Part shown: positions 12,797 to 25,648 of the stretch, one piece after another
How the letters are laid out: the number at the start of each line of letters is the position of its first letter
Position numbering within the stretch: position 1 is the stretch's first letter
NCBI RefSeq assembly: GCF_006345805.1
Contig: NC_043002.1
Coordinates: 61,752,001 to 61,816,000 of the forward strand
Source: Octopus sinensis
Lineage: Eukaryota
Reading direction: 5' to 3'
DNA: 64,000 bases
Notes under the pieces: generated by a model
The model's database searches: none
Seen by the model: only the letters and a program-made list of their open reading frames with translations
What the model was told of the DNA's origin: nothing
Program-made: the position numbers and the translations under genes

Positions 12797-13435
12797 GAAT
12801 ATGTATGTATGTGTGTATGTATTTATATATGCGTGTATAAATACATGCATGTATGTACATATGTGTATATGTATTATTTTCTTCTCTTGCGTTATTGTCT
12901 CCCGATTGCCAAATTTTAAATTTTCTCTTCTGATTTTACCATCCAAATTATTTCTATTCTTATTCCATCAAACTACAGCTTACAACCGACCTCCTGCACA
13001 ATCGATTAGTCTTACATTTTGCCATTTCCATTTGTTTTTCAATCCTGCTTCTTTTTATTGTTTTTTTTTTTTTTTACTAAAATTCTACGTAGAGCATTAG
13101 CTTTATAAATGAACAAACAGATAATTATTTTAATTAATCACTTGTGAAATATATTGATTAAATAAATTTGATGACTTTGGAATAAGAAATTGAACAGATA
13201 TCACATGATGAATGACAATACATTTCTATTGCCTAAATCGTTCAAAAGTTTGACTAACCTAATTTTGTTCGCTCGCACACACACAGAAACAAACACACAC
13301 AAAAACACACACACACATTCAAGAGAGTGACACGTACACGCAATGACGCTCAAAAATGTGGTGCACATATACACATGTAAGTATATGTCTGTATCTGTTG
13401 ATCTGTACTTATACATATATATATATATATACATA

Positions 13436-13612
13436 TAGTTCTGTATTTAAGACAGGAGGAATTATGTTCATTAATTTATGTACATATATAAGAGCCCAGG
13501 TTCGAAATTTCCCCAAGCCACCTGATGAAGGCTGGAGAGTATATCAGCTGAAACTTTGTGTTAAGAACAAACAAGATGAGGACAAATATCCGTGAAATGT
13601 AAATAATGTAAA
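13436..13612 (+). mobile_element. HHR-bearing element, family H1, with inverted 5' fragment
   Basis: 13517-13562 reads gccac-CTGATGA-a-GGCTG...CAGCT-GAAA-cttt-gtgtt. 13436-13480 is the reverse complement of the family 3' end seen at 27972 and 62840. Confidence 0.7.
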
Positions 13613-13799
13613 TATATATATAAATATATATATTTAAAAATAATATATAAAAATGCATATATACATACATATATGTACATACCTACATATATATGTATAT
13701 ATACATGCATGTACATATATGTATGTATATATGCATTTTTTAAATATATTATTTCTATTATTATATGATCGAATGCCACGCAACCTTTTCCAAGTAAGT

Positions 13800-14290
<491 letters not shown>

Positions 14291-14977
14291 TCTATTTCTT
14301 CATGTGACTGTTTGCCAGAAACTGAAGCATATTGTCCAACAATGCCTGAATGGCAAATCTTAGTGACGCTGAAGTTCTCGAATATACTGAGTCTACCAAT
14401 TTAGGATCCCTAGTAGTTTAGCATTGATTACGATGGATTTTTCATCTGGCCAAGTTGAATGTTGTTTTTAAACCTGACCGATTTCTGAATAGTGAGAATT
14501 TAAGGTATAACGATTGCATTAAGATTACTCTGGAATACATTGGGCTACACCGAAATTTCCGCAATCAAATCATTTATGGAAGAGGAAAGAAGTGCAGACG
14601 GCAGGAAGCTAAATGAACAGCTCAAGCAAGATATTCAAAAGAATCTTAATGGGACCTTGCCTCAGTATGTTGGTGCATAGTCCAATTCAAAATGTAAGGG
14701 ATGAGAGGGTGTCTCTCTCTAAAAAAAAAAACCCCAAAAACACTACACACACAAAATTAAATATACAGCATCTTTACGCGCAATGTGTATAGAAAATTGT
14801 TTGTGCTTGTGCATATATAGTTCCATATACACACTAGATCATACTCAAATATGTTTGTTTTTAACTCATATTATATAAAAAACACAATTATGTCTCAAGT
14901 ATTTTTCAAGGGAATGATAAAATTTAACAAGAGGTTAACTGTAAATATTTTATACACATATATGTATATGTATGTGA

Positions 14978-15195
14978 AGGCGGTGAGCTGGCAGAAACTC
15001 TAGCACGCCGGGCGAAATGCTTATCAGCATTTCGTGGTCTTTACGTTCAGAGTTCAAATTCCGCAGAGATCGACTTTAGCTTTCATCACTTCGGGTCGAT
15101 AAATTAATTACCTGTTGAGTACTGGGGTGGGGTCGATCTAATCGACTGGCCTCTTCCCCCAAAATTTCGGGCCTTGTGCCTAGAGTAGAAAAGTA
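14978..15195 (+). mobile_element. SINE family A
   Basis: Same head, B-box and centre as 9722. Confidence 0.85.
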
Positions 15196-16034
15196 TATGT
15201 ATATATGTGTGTGTAGCTATCTATTTATGTATCTATATCTCTCAATCTATGTAGCTATCTATCATTTCAGACAGGTTACTTGGACCAAAACCACTTGTTA
15301 TCTCCATGCTTCATCTTTTTTATATTTTCGTGGTCTTCTATTTGCAACTGGGCATCATTAATTATTTGATCAATGTACACCATTTTCGGTCATCCGACAT
15401 TAAAATCTCCAGACCAACACACTAATCTCACCAATTCACCTCTGTTTCCCTAGCAGTGACCAGAATATCCTGTTCTCCACTCTCGAATGATTCATGATAT
15501 ATTGGCGATATTTCCATAAAACTCTTCTTTCGTTCTATGTTGAGGAGAACATCAAGCATCATACGCGTGTAGGTCTCATCAAGCTTGTATTCTATATTTT
15601 TTGTTATCGTTTATGCTATATTGAGAAATATAAATTGTGTTTTAACATAACGAACAGACTACCCGTCACTACAATTCCTAGCACGGCAAGTAACTTGCTA
15701 ATTTACAGCAGACTCTGCTATAAATTAGCAAGTTATTTCATTATATAGCAGCTGACAATAAATGTGTTTGCTAGACTTTATCTTTCACAAATACCAGAAT
15801 GATCATATATAGAGTTTGCTAAAAAAGCGAAGGTTAGTAGTGAAATAAAATTTCAGGAAGACACACTGTAAAATCAAACGTTGAATGCAAAGATTCACCA
15901 AGCATTTCGCTGAATATTGCATCATGAGTAAGTGAAACAAAACCATATGATAAAACAAAACAAAAAATTTAGAGAAAAGAAAAGCGGGTTCAAGATGAAG
16001 AGTGGATATTGGATTTATATGAATAATGGCACAT

Positions 16035-16190
16035 GATTGGCTGTATGGTGGTAAGTAGCTTGCTTACCAACCGCATGGTTCCGGGTTCAGTCCCACTGCG
16101 TGGCATCTTGGTCTTGTGTCTTCTACTATAGCCTCGGGTCGACCAAAGCCTTCTGAGTGGATTTGGCAGACTTAAAGAAGACTGTCGTAT
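16035..16190 (+). mobile_element. tRNA-derived SINE, family B, 5' half
   Basis: tggctgtatggtggtaagtagcttgcttaccaaccgcatggttccgggttcagtcccactgcgtggca...; many copies in the window. Confidence 0.85.
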
Positions 16191-16968
16191 GTATGTATGT
16201 ATGTATGTATGTACGGACATACACACATATATATATATATCACGGTAATCACCGTTACTGAGCAGGCTATCAGATTTTGCTACATATCGCTAATCACAAT
16301 GCGCTTCGCATCGTTTTTTAGCCTTCAAATGACGCCACCCCGCTGGCTAAGCGAGCAGGCCAATATATATATATGCATATATATATATTAGAAGGTTTGG
16401 AGATGATGTACAGGTATTATATATTAGAAGAAATAAGGTACTCAGAAATCTGGACAAACCATCGCATTATGGGAAATATTCTGAGAGTAAGATTTTCCTG
16501 AAATGTGAATGCAAATGGAATAAAACAAGTTTCGAGTAAACTGGACAACGGATTCCAAAGAAAAGTGGTTTTTGTGGTACCTCCATAAAGAGTCAAAACA
16601 GTGCATAACGGGAAAATACTCCGACAGTATCATTCCCTGAAATGGGAATATATATGTTCCATTAATTTTATGTTTACTTTAAATAAACATTCCTTTTTTT
16701 TTCATTTTGTAGAAGTGTTACATACGCTGTCACTGGAGTTCAAATTTATCCCGGAAATTCTATTTCTGTTAGATGCTGTAAATAATCAATAACACCTTAA
16801 ACATGAACTTGTAAACCAGACCTATGATGACACGAACGAATTGAAATATTTTAATGAAATATAAAGTTAACTTTCATTTCAATGAAGTGTTGAAATCAGC
16901 TTCAGTGTCTTATAACCTAAACTGTCAGTGACACAACGTGTCACGAGTACTCTAGTGTGTTTGCGTAA

Positions 16969-17017
<49 letters not shown>

Positions 17018-17154
17018 AAAATCAAAAGAAAATGGAGATTTAAGTTAGACGCATTTTAACTTAATAGCAATATAATATTATAATCCTACAATTGTTTCAA
17101 TTCAGACCGAATAATAAAATGACAAAAATTCATGTACTGCTTCAAAATGGTATT

Positions 17155-17762
17155 AGTTGACGAAGCAAGTTGAGTTAAACCCTAGGGGCAGTAATATCCA
17201 CTGACGACAATTGCGATGCTATGCATAGGAATTCGAAATCACCTGATATGTGTATATCTGCTACTTCACTAGGGAGCTTTGTCTTACATTAGAGAGCTCT
17301 GTCTCCTTCACCAATTTATTTAGATAGTGTTGTTTCTGGCTAATGAGTCGTTTCGGCATTTATTTCTAGCAATCCTGGTGCCATTTTGTGCCCTCGTCTC
17401 TTTATTGGCGTTCATAAATTAGCCTTTAGGTTTTAATTGCTATATTAACCACCTACATTGTTTATACACTTGTAGGTTTTGAAACAGTAAGCCCTTTCAT
17501 CGGTTCTTCTTACGAGTTGACGAGGCGAGTAGAGTTTAACCCTAAGCGCAGTAAGATCCATTGACGAGAATTGAGATGCTATGCATGGGAATTCGAAATC
17601 ATGTGGTATGGGTATATCTGCTACTTCAGTAGGGTAGGGAGCTCTGTCTCCTTCATCAATATATTAAGATAGTATTTTTTGTGACTAATGAATCGTTTTG
17701 ATTCTTATTTCTCACAATCCTGGTGCCGCTCTGTGCCCTTGTCCCGTTATTGACATTTATAT
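17155..17762 (+). mobile_element. tandem 360 bp HHR-bearing units (retrozyme-like), family H2
   Basis: Two diverged direct repeats start at ~17155 and ~17515; their HHR cores at 17201 and 17561 are exactly 360 nt apart. Confidence 0.8.
17196..17255 (+). ncRNA. type I hammerhead ribozyme (second copy at 17556-17615)
   Basis: ATCCA-CTGACGA-(C/G)AATT...AATTC-GAAA-TCACCTGA-TA|TG(T/G)GT. The consensus of the two copies restores all three stems; stem I extends through GCAG/CTGC. Confidence 0.8.
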
Positions 17763-17769
17763 ATATACT

Positions 17770-17991
17770 TTTATTGTTTTACTTGTTTCAGTCATTTGAC
17801 GACAGCCATGATGGTGCACCACTTTTACTCGAAAAAAATCGCCCCCATGATTTATTGTTTGTAAACTTAGTACTTATTCTATCGGCATTTTTCGCCGAGC
17901 CGCTACGTTACGAGGCCATGAACACACCAACATCGGTTGTCAAACGATGGTCGTGGGGACAAACACAGACACACAAATACACACACGCATG

Positions 17992-18022
<31 letters not shown>

Positions 18023-18205
18023 ACACACACACATATATTTATATATATTCGACGTGTTCCTTTAAGTTTCCGTTTACCAAATCCAATTATAAGACTGTGG
18101 TTGGCCCGAGGTTACAGTAGAAGACACTTACCTGAGGTGCCACGCAGTGGGACTGAACCCGGAACCATGTGGTTGGGAAGGAAGCTTCTTACCACACAGT
18201 CACTT
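17770..18205 (-). mobile_element. SINE family B, full length with internal (CA)n
   Basis: tRNA-like head at ~18205, central microsatellite, tail ggtgcaccatcatggctgtcgtcaaatgactgaaacaagtaaaa. Confidence 0.85.
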
Positions 18206-18574
18206 ACACTTGCTTATGTTTTATTGCATCGGCATGCTGTTGCGAATCTATGAAGGAAAATAATCTATCGTTATTTTTGATGTATCCTCGAGTTACGTCG
18301 ACAGTAAAAATCCGCCATGGTCACGAAGTGATAAGTGAAAAAACAAAAGAGAACCACAAATGCACAGACGCAGATAGCATTCATCAACAATGTGTCAAAT
18401 CTTGAGAACGAACTGACGGAATTTTCGTTGTATCTTGGGAGGGTCATAAAGTCAATATACATTTGTACTTGTTCCATTATACTATTAATCATCGTCATCC
18501 GCTTGCTCTTCAACTTCATTGTTATTACGATTATTATCATTATTATTAACATTCTTATTATCATTGTCTTCTTT

Positions 18575-19892
18575 CAATTTTGTTTCCATTTGCTGCCGAA
18601 TGTCTTCCCAACACCTAGGGCAAAGAAACTCTCTGTATACATTGGTAGGCCCTCAAAATAAACACACCAGATTGTTCATTGACAAAGTCATGTGATAGAA
18701 TAAGAAAAGGAAGGAAAACAGGGAGAAAAAAGGAAAAATGAAAAATAAATTAAGAAGGCATCAACAACAGGAAAGGGAGATAAGGACTGAAAATTCACAG
18801 CGACAATGCTCTTCTCAATACGTGTGACGTGCCAGATAAAACAATCTTTTGCACTTCCTGCATGGATTGTAAACCAAGGATCATCCTGAAATATTTTTCG
18901 GTTCCTTGCTTCATCATCCCAAGTGCTCCGACCATCACTAGCATTGAGATGCCACATTTTTTCGATTTCAATCAGTAAATCTTTATATTTACTGAGCTTA
19001 TCAGATTCTTTTGCCGAGATATTATGATCACAACGTATGCTCATGTCAATCAATATACTGACTTTATTGTTTTGGGCTTTCCAAATGTTATCTGTTTTAT
19101 TAGCTTTGATAATCCTGTCTGTATATACTGGGGAGTCCCATAGAATCGTTACATTCCCCACTCAGTTACAGCTTCAGAGAGGTATTTGTACCATTTGTCA
19201 GCAGTTTTGATTTTATAACGCCGACAGATTATTCAGTGTAGATATTGGCCAACTCTGTTATACATTGATTTATATTCTACTAGTGCTAAACCTTATTAGG
19301 TGATCCACTCTTTCAAACCTATCGTTGCCGTATCGATACTTTGGCTCTACTCCACTTTTCACCATATTGGCTTCATAGTTGCGGGTCAATAATATCTGAT
19401 CTTGAGTAGCTCAGATAAAGCTTCTACTCTTTTCCTTAAGCCCTGAGCTCCGTAGCCACTGATGGATATGCTTCTGGTCTACATCAGATTCTTTGCTGCG
19501 GGTCACATGTTTGGTTTGCCATGCAGAGGTTTTGTTCCCACCTGAAGAGCCAATTGTTCAAAGGCATTTTGCTTTGCCATTGATTTCAGTTTCTTTGCAA
19601 CAACAGTGACACCACTTCCATCATGCTGTTCGACCTGGGAAATAAGCGTAGACTCACTAGCAAACTTTGCTCTCCTTCATTACAGAATGAAGCTTGTTAT
19701 GTCTCCTGTAATTTTCAACAAGTTTTACCATCCAGTAGTTAGATATTTTAAGATATTTGGCCAGTCCAGTTATGGTGGTTTTGTAAGAGATTTGAAACTG
19801 CGTCAACCCTCGACCTCCGTGAGCACTGGGAAGGTAAAAACGATCTGAGTCTGCAGAGCATTTCTGGGTGCACACGGATTTTCCTGGCAATC
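18575..19892 (-). mobile_element. 5'-truncated, decayed R4/Dong-type non-LTR retrotransposon
   Basis: Minus-strand peptides DRFYLPSAHGGRGL, HQWLRSSGLK...ATQDQILLTRNY and ILWDSPVYTDRIIKANKTD...LIDMSIRCDHNISAKESDKLSKYKDLLIEIEKMW (RLE domain). Stops and frameshifts present; abuts (AAT)n. Confidence 0.9.
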
Positions 19893-19919
19893 TTCATTTC
19901 AACACATTGAAACTATAAA

Positions 19920-19950
<31 letters not shown>

Positions 19951-19953
19951 AAC

Positions 19954-20009
<56 letters not shown>

Positions 20010-20040
20010 GAAGAAGAAGAAGAACAACAACAACAACAAC

Positions 20041-20078
<38 letters not shown>

Positions 20079-20079
20079 T

Positions 20080-20396
20080 GTAACCTTGGTGAGTGGATGT
20101 GAGAGCCTTGCACAAAAAGAATACATGTGCAGCCACAATAAAAGTGCATGCGTATCTTCATTGGTTCTTATGCCGTAAATACCAATATGAAGTACCAGAG
20201 AACGGATGAGGTTAGGCAGTTGTGGTCGCTGAATAAGGTGGTAGTAGTAGCACTAATTGTCGAAGCCCTGGGACCAGTAAGTAAAAATCTTGAGAAATAC
20301 ATGGAACAAATAGGGGCTGCAATAAGGGCGGGGTACATGCAGCAAACAGCAGTGCTTGGATCCGCTCGAATACTCCGGATAGTGCTCGAAAAATAA
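20080..20396 (+). mobile_element. internally deleted R4/Dong-type LINE fragment
   Basis: LVSGCESLAQKEY...HWFLCRKY is joined to VRQLWSLNKVVVVALIVEALGPVSKNLEKY...QQTAVLGSARILRIVL; (AAT)n on both sides. Confidence 0.8.
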
Positions 20397-20422
20397 CAAC
20401 AACCACAAACAACAACAACAAT

Positions 20423-20480
<58 letters not shown>

Positions 20481-21112
20481 TGATGATGATGATGATGATG
20501 ATGATGATGTTGATGATGATAATAATAATAATAATTATAATAATAATAATAATAATGATAATAATAAAGCAAGAACAAGACGCGACTTCGTTGAAACAGT
20601 CCTTCCAGCAAAGCAAATTAACTAAAATTTGGGATTTTTCGCGGAGGGTGAAAGTGGTAACAAGAACAGGACAGTGAGAACAAAACAGTAAAAACAAACG
20701 TCGAGGACTGTTAAGCCAAGACGATGGAAGAGTATTCTGAACGTTTAGGAAGACGAGCTTATGAAAGAGACAGTATAAGCACGTTTAGTCTTTACGTGTT
20801 AGCGACGAGAGAGTCGAGGAGGAGGAAAAAATGGATAGTGCACATTATTCATCATAGGTTAACAGTTGCTTCAGATATGCGTTTACGCGCATTCATGTTT
20901 CAATCTTATCAATCATGTTGAGATACTGAAAATATAGTCGGCGGTTTTCCACATAGTTTCTATCTGACGAATTCATTCTTGAAGCATAAATCGGTCCGGG
21001 ATATTATTAGAAGACTGTCTTTCCCAATGCGTCGGTGGGACTGAGACCAAAATCACGTGGTAGCAATTGAAGCTACTTAATCTCACAGAACATATTTGTG
21101 TAATATATGTAA

Positions 21113-21621
21113 CTAGCAGTATCGCCCGGCGTTGCTCGGGTTTGTAAGGGAAATAACTATATAAGCATTTTTAGAGAGTTACTTCCCTTATAGATGCCAA
21201 TTCGGGCTTTCTTAGCCATTTCTGTTTTGGCGTCTTCAAGCCATGAAGTTGTTGTTCTAAAAGAACGCTGGTCTCCTTGACAACGCATTACGACGTTGAT
21301 TTCATTACACTCCCTTCCCCACAACTTCACGAGGGAGGGAAGGGGGAGAAGCAAACAGGTGCAGCTGTGAGCGTGGACGCCAACTCCGCCGCCAACAACC
21401 CACGAAAAATTATGCATTAAAATGAATAAAAAATGATGTTAAATTATTTTTAAAATCGTAGACTCATCGTTGACGCACGCTAATAGCCAGACGGGCTCGA
21501 TATGCATCACGACTATAAGATACCCGAATTTGGTTAAACTGCACCGCAAAATGTGGGAGGAGTTAGGAATCTAAATCGAAGGGGACAGACACTCACACAA
21601 CTAGAGTTTTATATATATAGA
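21113..21621 (-). mobile_element. complete non-autonomous Helitron (~510 bp)
   Basis: Minus strand begins A|TCTATATATATAAAA and ends cccgagcaacgccggg (hairpin) cgatactgCTAG|T. Inserted in an AT dinucleotide with no TSD. Confidence 0.9.
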
Positions 21622-22109
21622 TTTAATAATATAACCTAAGAAAATCGGAGGTTAAAAAATGTATGAAACACTATGTAGCCTTTCACAAAGCTTGTGTTAA
21701 TAAAACTAAGAGGTTTATTCATATATTTATTGTGGTGGGTAAATAATCTTCATTTCGTTTCTGCTGGTGGCTTGCTACAATATATTGTCAACTAAAATGA
21801 TTGATACAACGAAATGAGAAGCAAATATGCTAAAAAAGAAATTACGGTATTTTAATATCCGAATAATAAAATAACGTAAATAATATACATGTTAAAATAA
21901 TATATATGAATGAGGTACGTAAGGAAAATATTGAAATTGTGTAAATATGGCATAACATATGTTACCAATTACAAACGTTGATTTAAATGATATGAAAATA
22001 TTAGCTTCGTAGAAGTCTCCGAATGATTAACATTTAGGCCTGTGTATTTGAATGTCTCTTCCTTCACGGACACTAAGTTAGCAAGTAAGCATACGTGTGT
22101 GTCGTATGT

Positions 22110-22148
<39 letters not shown>

Positions 22149-22657
22149 TGTGTGGTGCATCTGTGAACGTATGTCCGCCTGTGTATCTCTGAACGTGAGT
22201 GTTTGACTGCTAGTGTGAAGGAACATGGCCAATAGGACGAAGTAATGGCAACGATTAACAGCTTACATGTCTGGTTAAATTATTATGGGAAGTTAAGTTT
22301 TAATGAGTTAATAGTGCATGTAGTATTTCTCAATATTATTCGTGTTCACTATTCGAATTATTTGAATAGTTCTATTATTATTTCGCTGTATAACTTCAAA
22401 ACCACCAATCTCCTACATCAGCAACAACCGACCTCAAAAACCAACACAAACGCCAATACTCCAACACCAACGCCTACACTAATAGCAAGCCACGACTGCT
22501 TATTTAAAATCATATTAGCATTACAAATATTGGGTAATGTCCAATTTTCTTTTCAATTATTGTCACGCAATGTCTACATATGTTTGCTGACATGAAAGGT
22601 ATATGGTAATATGAAGTGGTGTTGTTGTTACTACGATTATTATTATTATTATTATTA

Positions 22658-22707
<50 letters not shown>

Positions 22708-23023
22708 TATTATTATTATCATCATCATCATCATCATTACTGTTGTTATTTACTTAAACGCTAAGTTCTTGTTCTGGTTCTGATTCTATTGATTGCTGTC
22801 TTGATTCGGTGATTTGCGTGTGTGGCCCTACAACATAATACACTCTCAAATAACCATCTACACACGTATATAAATATATTCACATACACACTCACACACG
22901 CATGATCAAACACACACCCATCCAGTCCCACATGTGTATTTATATATAATTGAGTTTGCTTTTAAGTGTATGCGTGAATGTGCCTGTTTGTGTGCGTCTC
23001 TGAATATATATATATATACATAT

Positions 23024-23126
<103 letters not shown>

Positions 23127-23656
23127 GAGAGTGAGTGGTATGTAGTTTATGAAGGTAGATGTGATTTGAATCGACGTAAATATATAATCAGTCTCAATTG
23201 TTATGCCGAAAATGTGCTAATGTCGCAAAATACAATAATTTAGCAAAATCAGAAAACTTGGACTCTTTCTTTTAACAAAGTAAGCATTAGCTCGTAATTT
23301 CTTCGCGAAACACGAACTAAAGTATGCAAGCCACGTCAAGTTTTTCAATTACCTTGTTGACGAACATATGTCATTATTTCACGACAGAATAACTGTTTCT
23401 TATATGTACTTTAACTTGGTATATATTTGTAAATATAGGACACATTTGGATCGTATTCAAACTACATAGATATCGCACCAAGTTTATAAATGTTCATTGA
23501 CAGCTGGATTGCAAACAATGGTTTAGAAACAGAAAATCTCGTTAGTTCCGTGGCAATAGCTATTACCGACGGAAAGACGGTAATTGAATGCGTGTGACAC
23601 ATATTTTAAAGTGTGTTTCTACATGGGTAGATGTCTTTCTCTCGGCATGCACACAT

Positions 23657-23872
23657 ACGAGGCGGTGTTGAAAAGTTCCTGGCTTTAAGAATATCGCGAA
23701 AGGTCTCCAACCAGACCTTTCTCTGAGTTATTTTACAGGTCTTTGAAAAGTTGAAGGATCGCTGCAATAAGGTGTGTGTTTGAGATGGTAATATGTTGAA
23801 TAAAATCATAATTAAATGATCTTCCTGTATTTGCTATTACCAAAAAGCCGGGAATTTTTCAGCATCCCCTCA
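23657..23872. mobile_element. mariner-derived MITE
   Basis: TIRs cgaggcggtgttgaaaagttcctggc / gccgggaatttttcagcatcccctc. Retains a mariner C-terminal relic (KLKDRCNK...). Confidence 0.75.
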
Positions 23873-23946
23873 TTATATATACATGTGTGTGTGTGTGTGT
23901 ATGTGTATGTGTGTGAGTGTGTGTGTGCATACATTCAATATATATA

Positions 23947-24812
23947 CAGGGTATGATGGTTAAATTGCCCCATTTTATATTTTTAATTGCGTGTATGCGC
24001 ATTGTTTGCTCTTGATTTTCTCGACTACACAGTATAGTAGCGTTAGTTGAACACGGTAAGAAAAAAGGGCATCATGACACAATTAACTCTGCAAGGAATT
24101 TGGAAACGACACGTTGTACTGCTTGACCCTCGCATCGGAAGCTCGAATACGAACATTTCAGTGTTTGATTGTCAATCTGAGGACTTTTTCCGAGTGGATC
24201 AAAATCAAACATCCAGTCAACACCAAGGTGTTTGGTGTGATCACTAGTGCTGGCGACGTTATATCTCCATCTATCGTCCCACATGGTCTCAGACTCAACA
24301 CAGAGGCCTACATCAAGCGCCTGGAGGAGGTAGTGCTGAGCTGGGTCAAGAGGATGGCTGGTTTAAGACCCAGTGTCTCGCAACTGGACCCTGCATCATG
24401 CCACAGAAACAGGAGAATCGAGTCATGGCTGTCAAAAAATTTATACGACCACATCACTCCTAACATCTTTTCACCAAACTCCCCAGCTTGCAACCCCCTC
24501 GTTCATTATGTGTGGAGCACAGTTGAGCGAGAAACCAACAAAACGTTTTATAACACTGAAGACGAACTGAAAGCAAGGATTATGGCAGCATTCACCAACA
24601 TAAACAAGGAGACTGCCCAGAAGAGTTGCAGTAGATTCCGAGTCTTCTGGTGACATTAGGGGACAACCAATGGCGATTCTATTGAATAAATTTACTCTTT
24701 AGTATTTCAAGATATTTTTTATATAATTTTGTAAATATATCTGTTGAAATGAAATGGCAGTGTTATTTTCATTTTTGCGTAATTCAGACGACAGTTTGTT
24801 CACCGCGCCCTG
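23947..24812 (+). mobile_element. Tc1/mariner DD37D (maT-like) transposon remnant
   Basis: TA|CAGGG...CCCTG|TA ends. ORF 24114-24653 has VFGVITSAGD and QLDPASCH...FSPNSPACNPLV, with 37 residues between the second catalytic D and the third position (now V). Internally deleted and inactive. Confidence 0.85.
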
Positions 24813-24817
24813 TATAT

Positions 24818-25022
24818 AAGAGGGATGCTGATTTTAAGGGTATTATGAAAGGCCCGGTTGGGAGCACAACCTTCGGAGTTCTGTCAGAAGTCTTAGAAAA
24901 TATGAAGGACTGCTGTGATAAGTGTGTGAATCTGAGACTGCAATAGGTCGAATACGATAAAATGAACTGATCCACCTATATTTTATTTTTCCCAATGCCA
25001 GGAACTTTTCAAAACCGCTCGT
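24818..25022. mobile_element. mariner-derived MITE
   Basis: gagggatgctga... and ...ccaggaacttttcaaaaccgctcgta; contains MKDCCDKCVNLR, a mariner C-terminal relic. Confidence 0.7.
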
Positions 25023-25574
25023 ATATACATACATAGGGTTGGTGTCTCTTTGTAGACATAAACGGGACTGGTGCTTCCCTCTAGACATACTCACACATGC
25101 ACAATTATGCGTTTGGTATCTCTCTGTAGAGACAAACACACAAAAGCACACATACATACACACGCGCGCGCGCGTGCAAATACGCATATGTGGTTAGCGC
25201 CATGCAAAAACGTAAACAACTCATGAACTTCACCATGACCACGTCCTAGGCATATCGTTCAGAAGAACTTTATTTCCTAAACCAATCTGTCTTATGTAGA
25301 ATATAGAAGTTTGACATGCCGAAGTAAATAGATGTGACATAAAATTGAACATAAATTCTATCGATAACACCAGAATGGGGTATCCTTCCAACAATACAAG
25401 CATTTAGATTAGAGAGTAAGAAAATGAAAATTGAATGTATTGTTCTATTGTATGATATGATTAACATAGCGTGAATGAATTATATCATGACGCTCAAATC
25501 CACAAAACAAATCCTATATATCTATATTATGAGATGTAATGGTGTCAAGAAGACATCTGGGTCTTCTTGACACC

Positions 25575-25648
<74 letters not shown>

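Noticed and set aside
17723-18253. 176 aa ORF and similar PRSGTEPGTM-type ORFs
   Set aside because: Antisense read-through of SINE family B.
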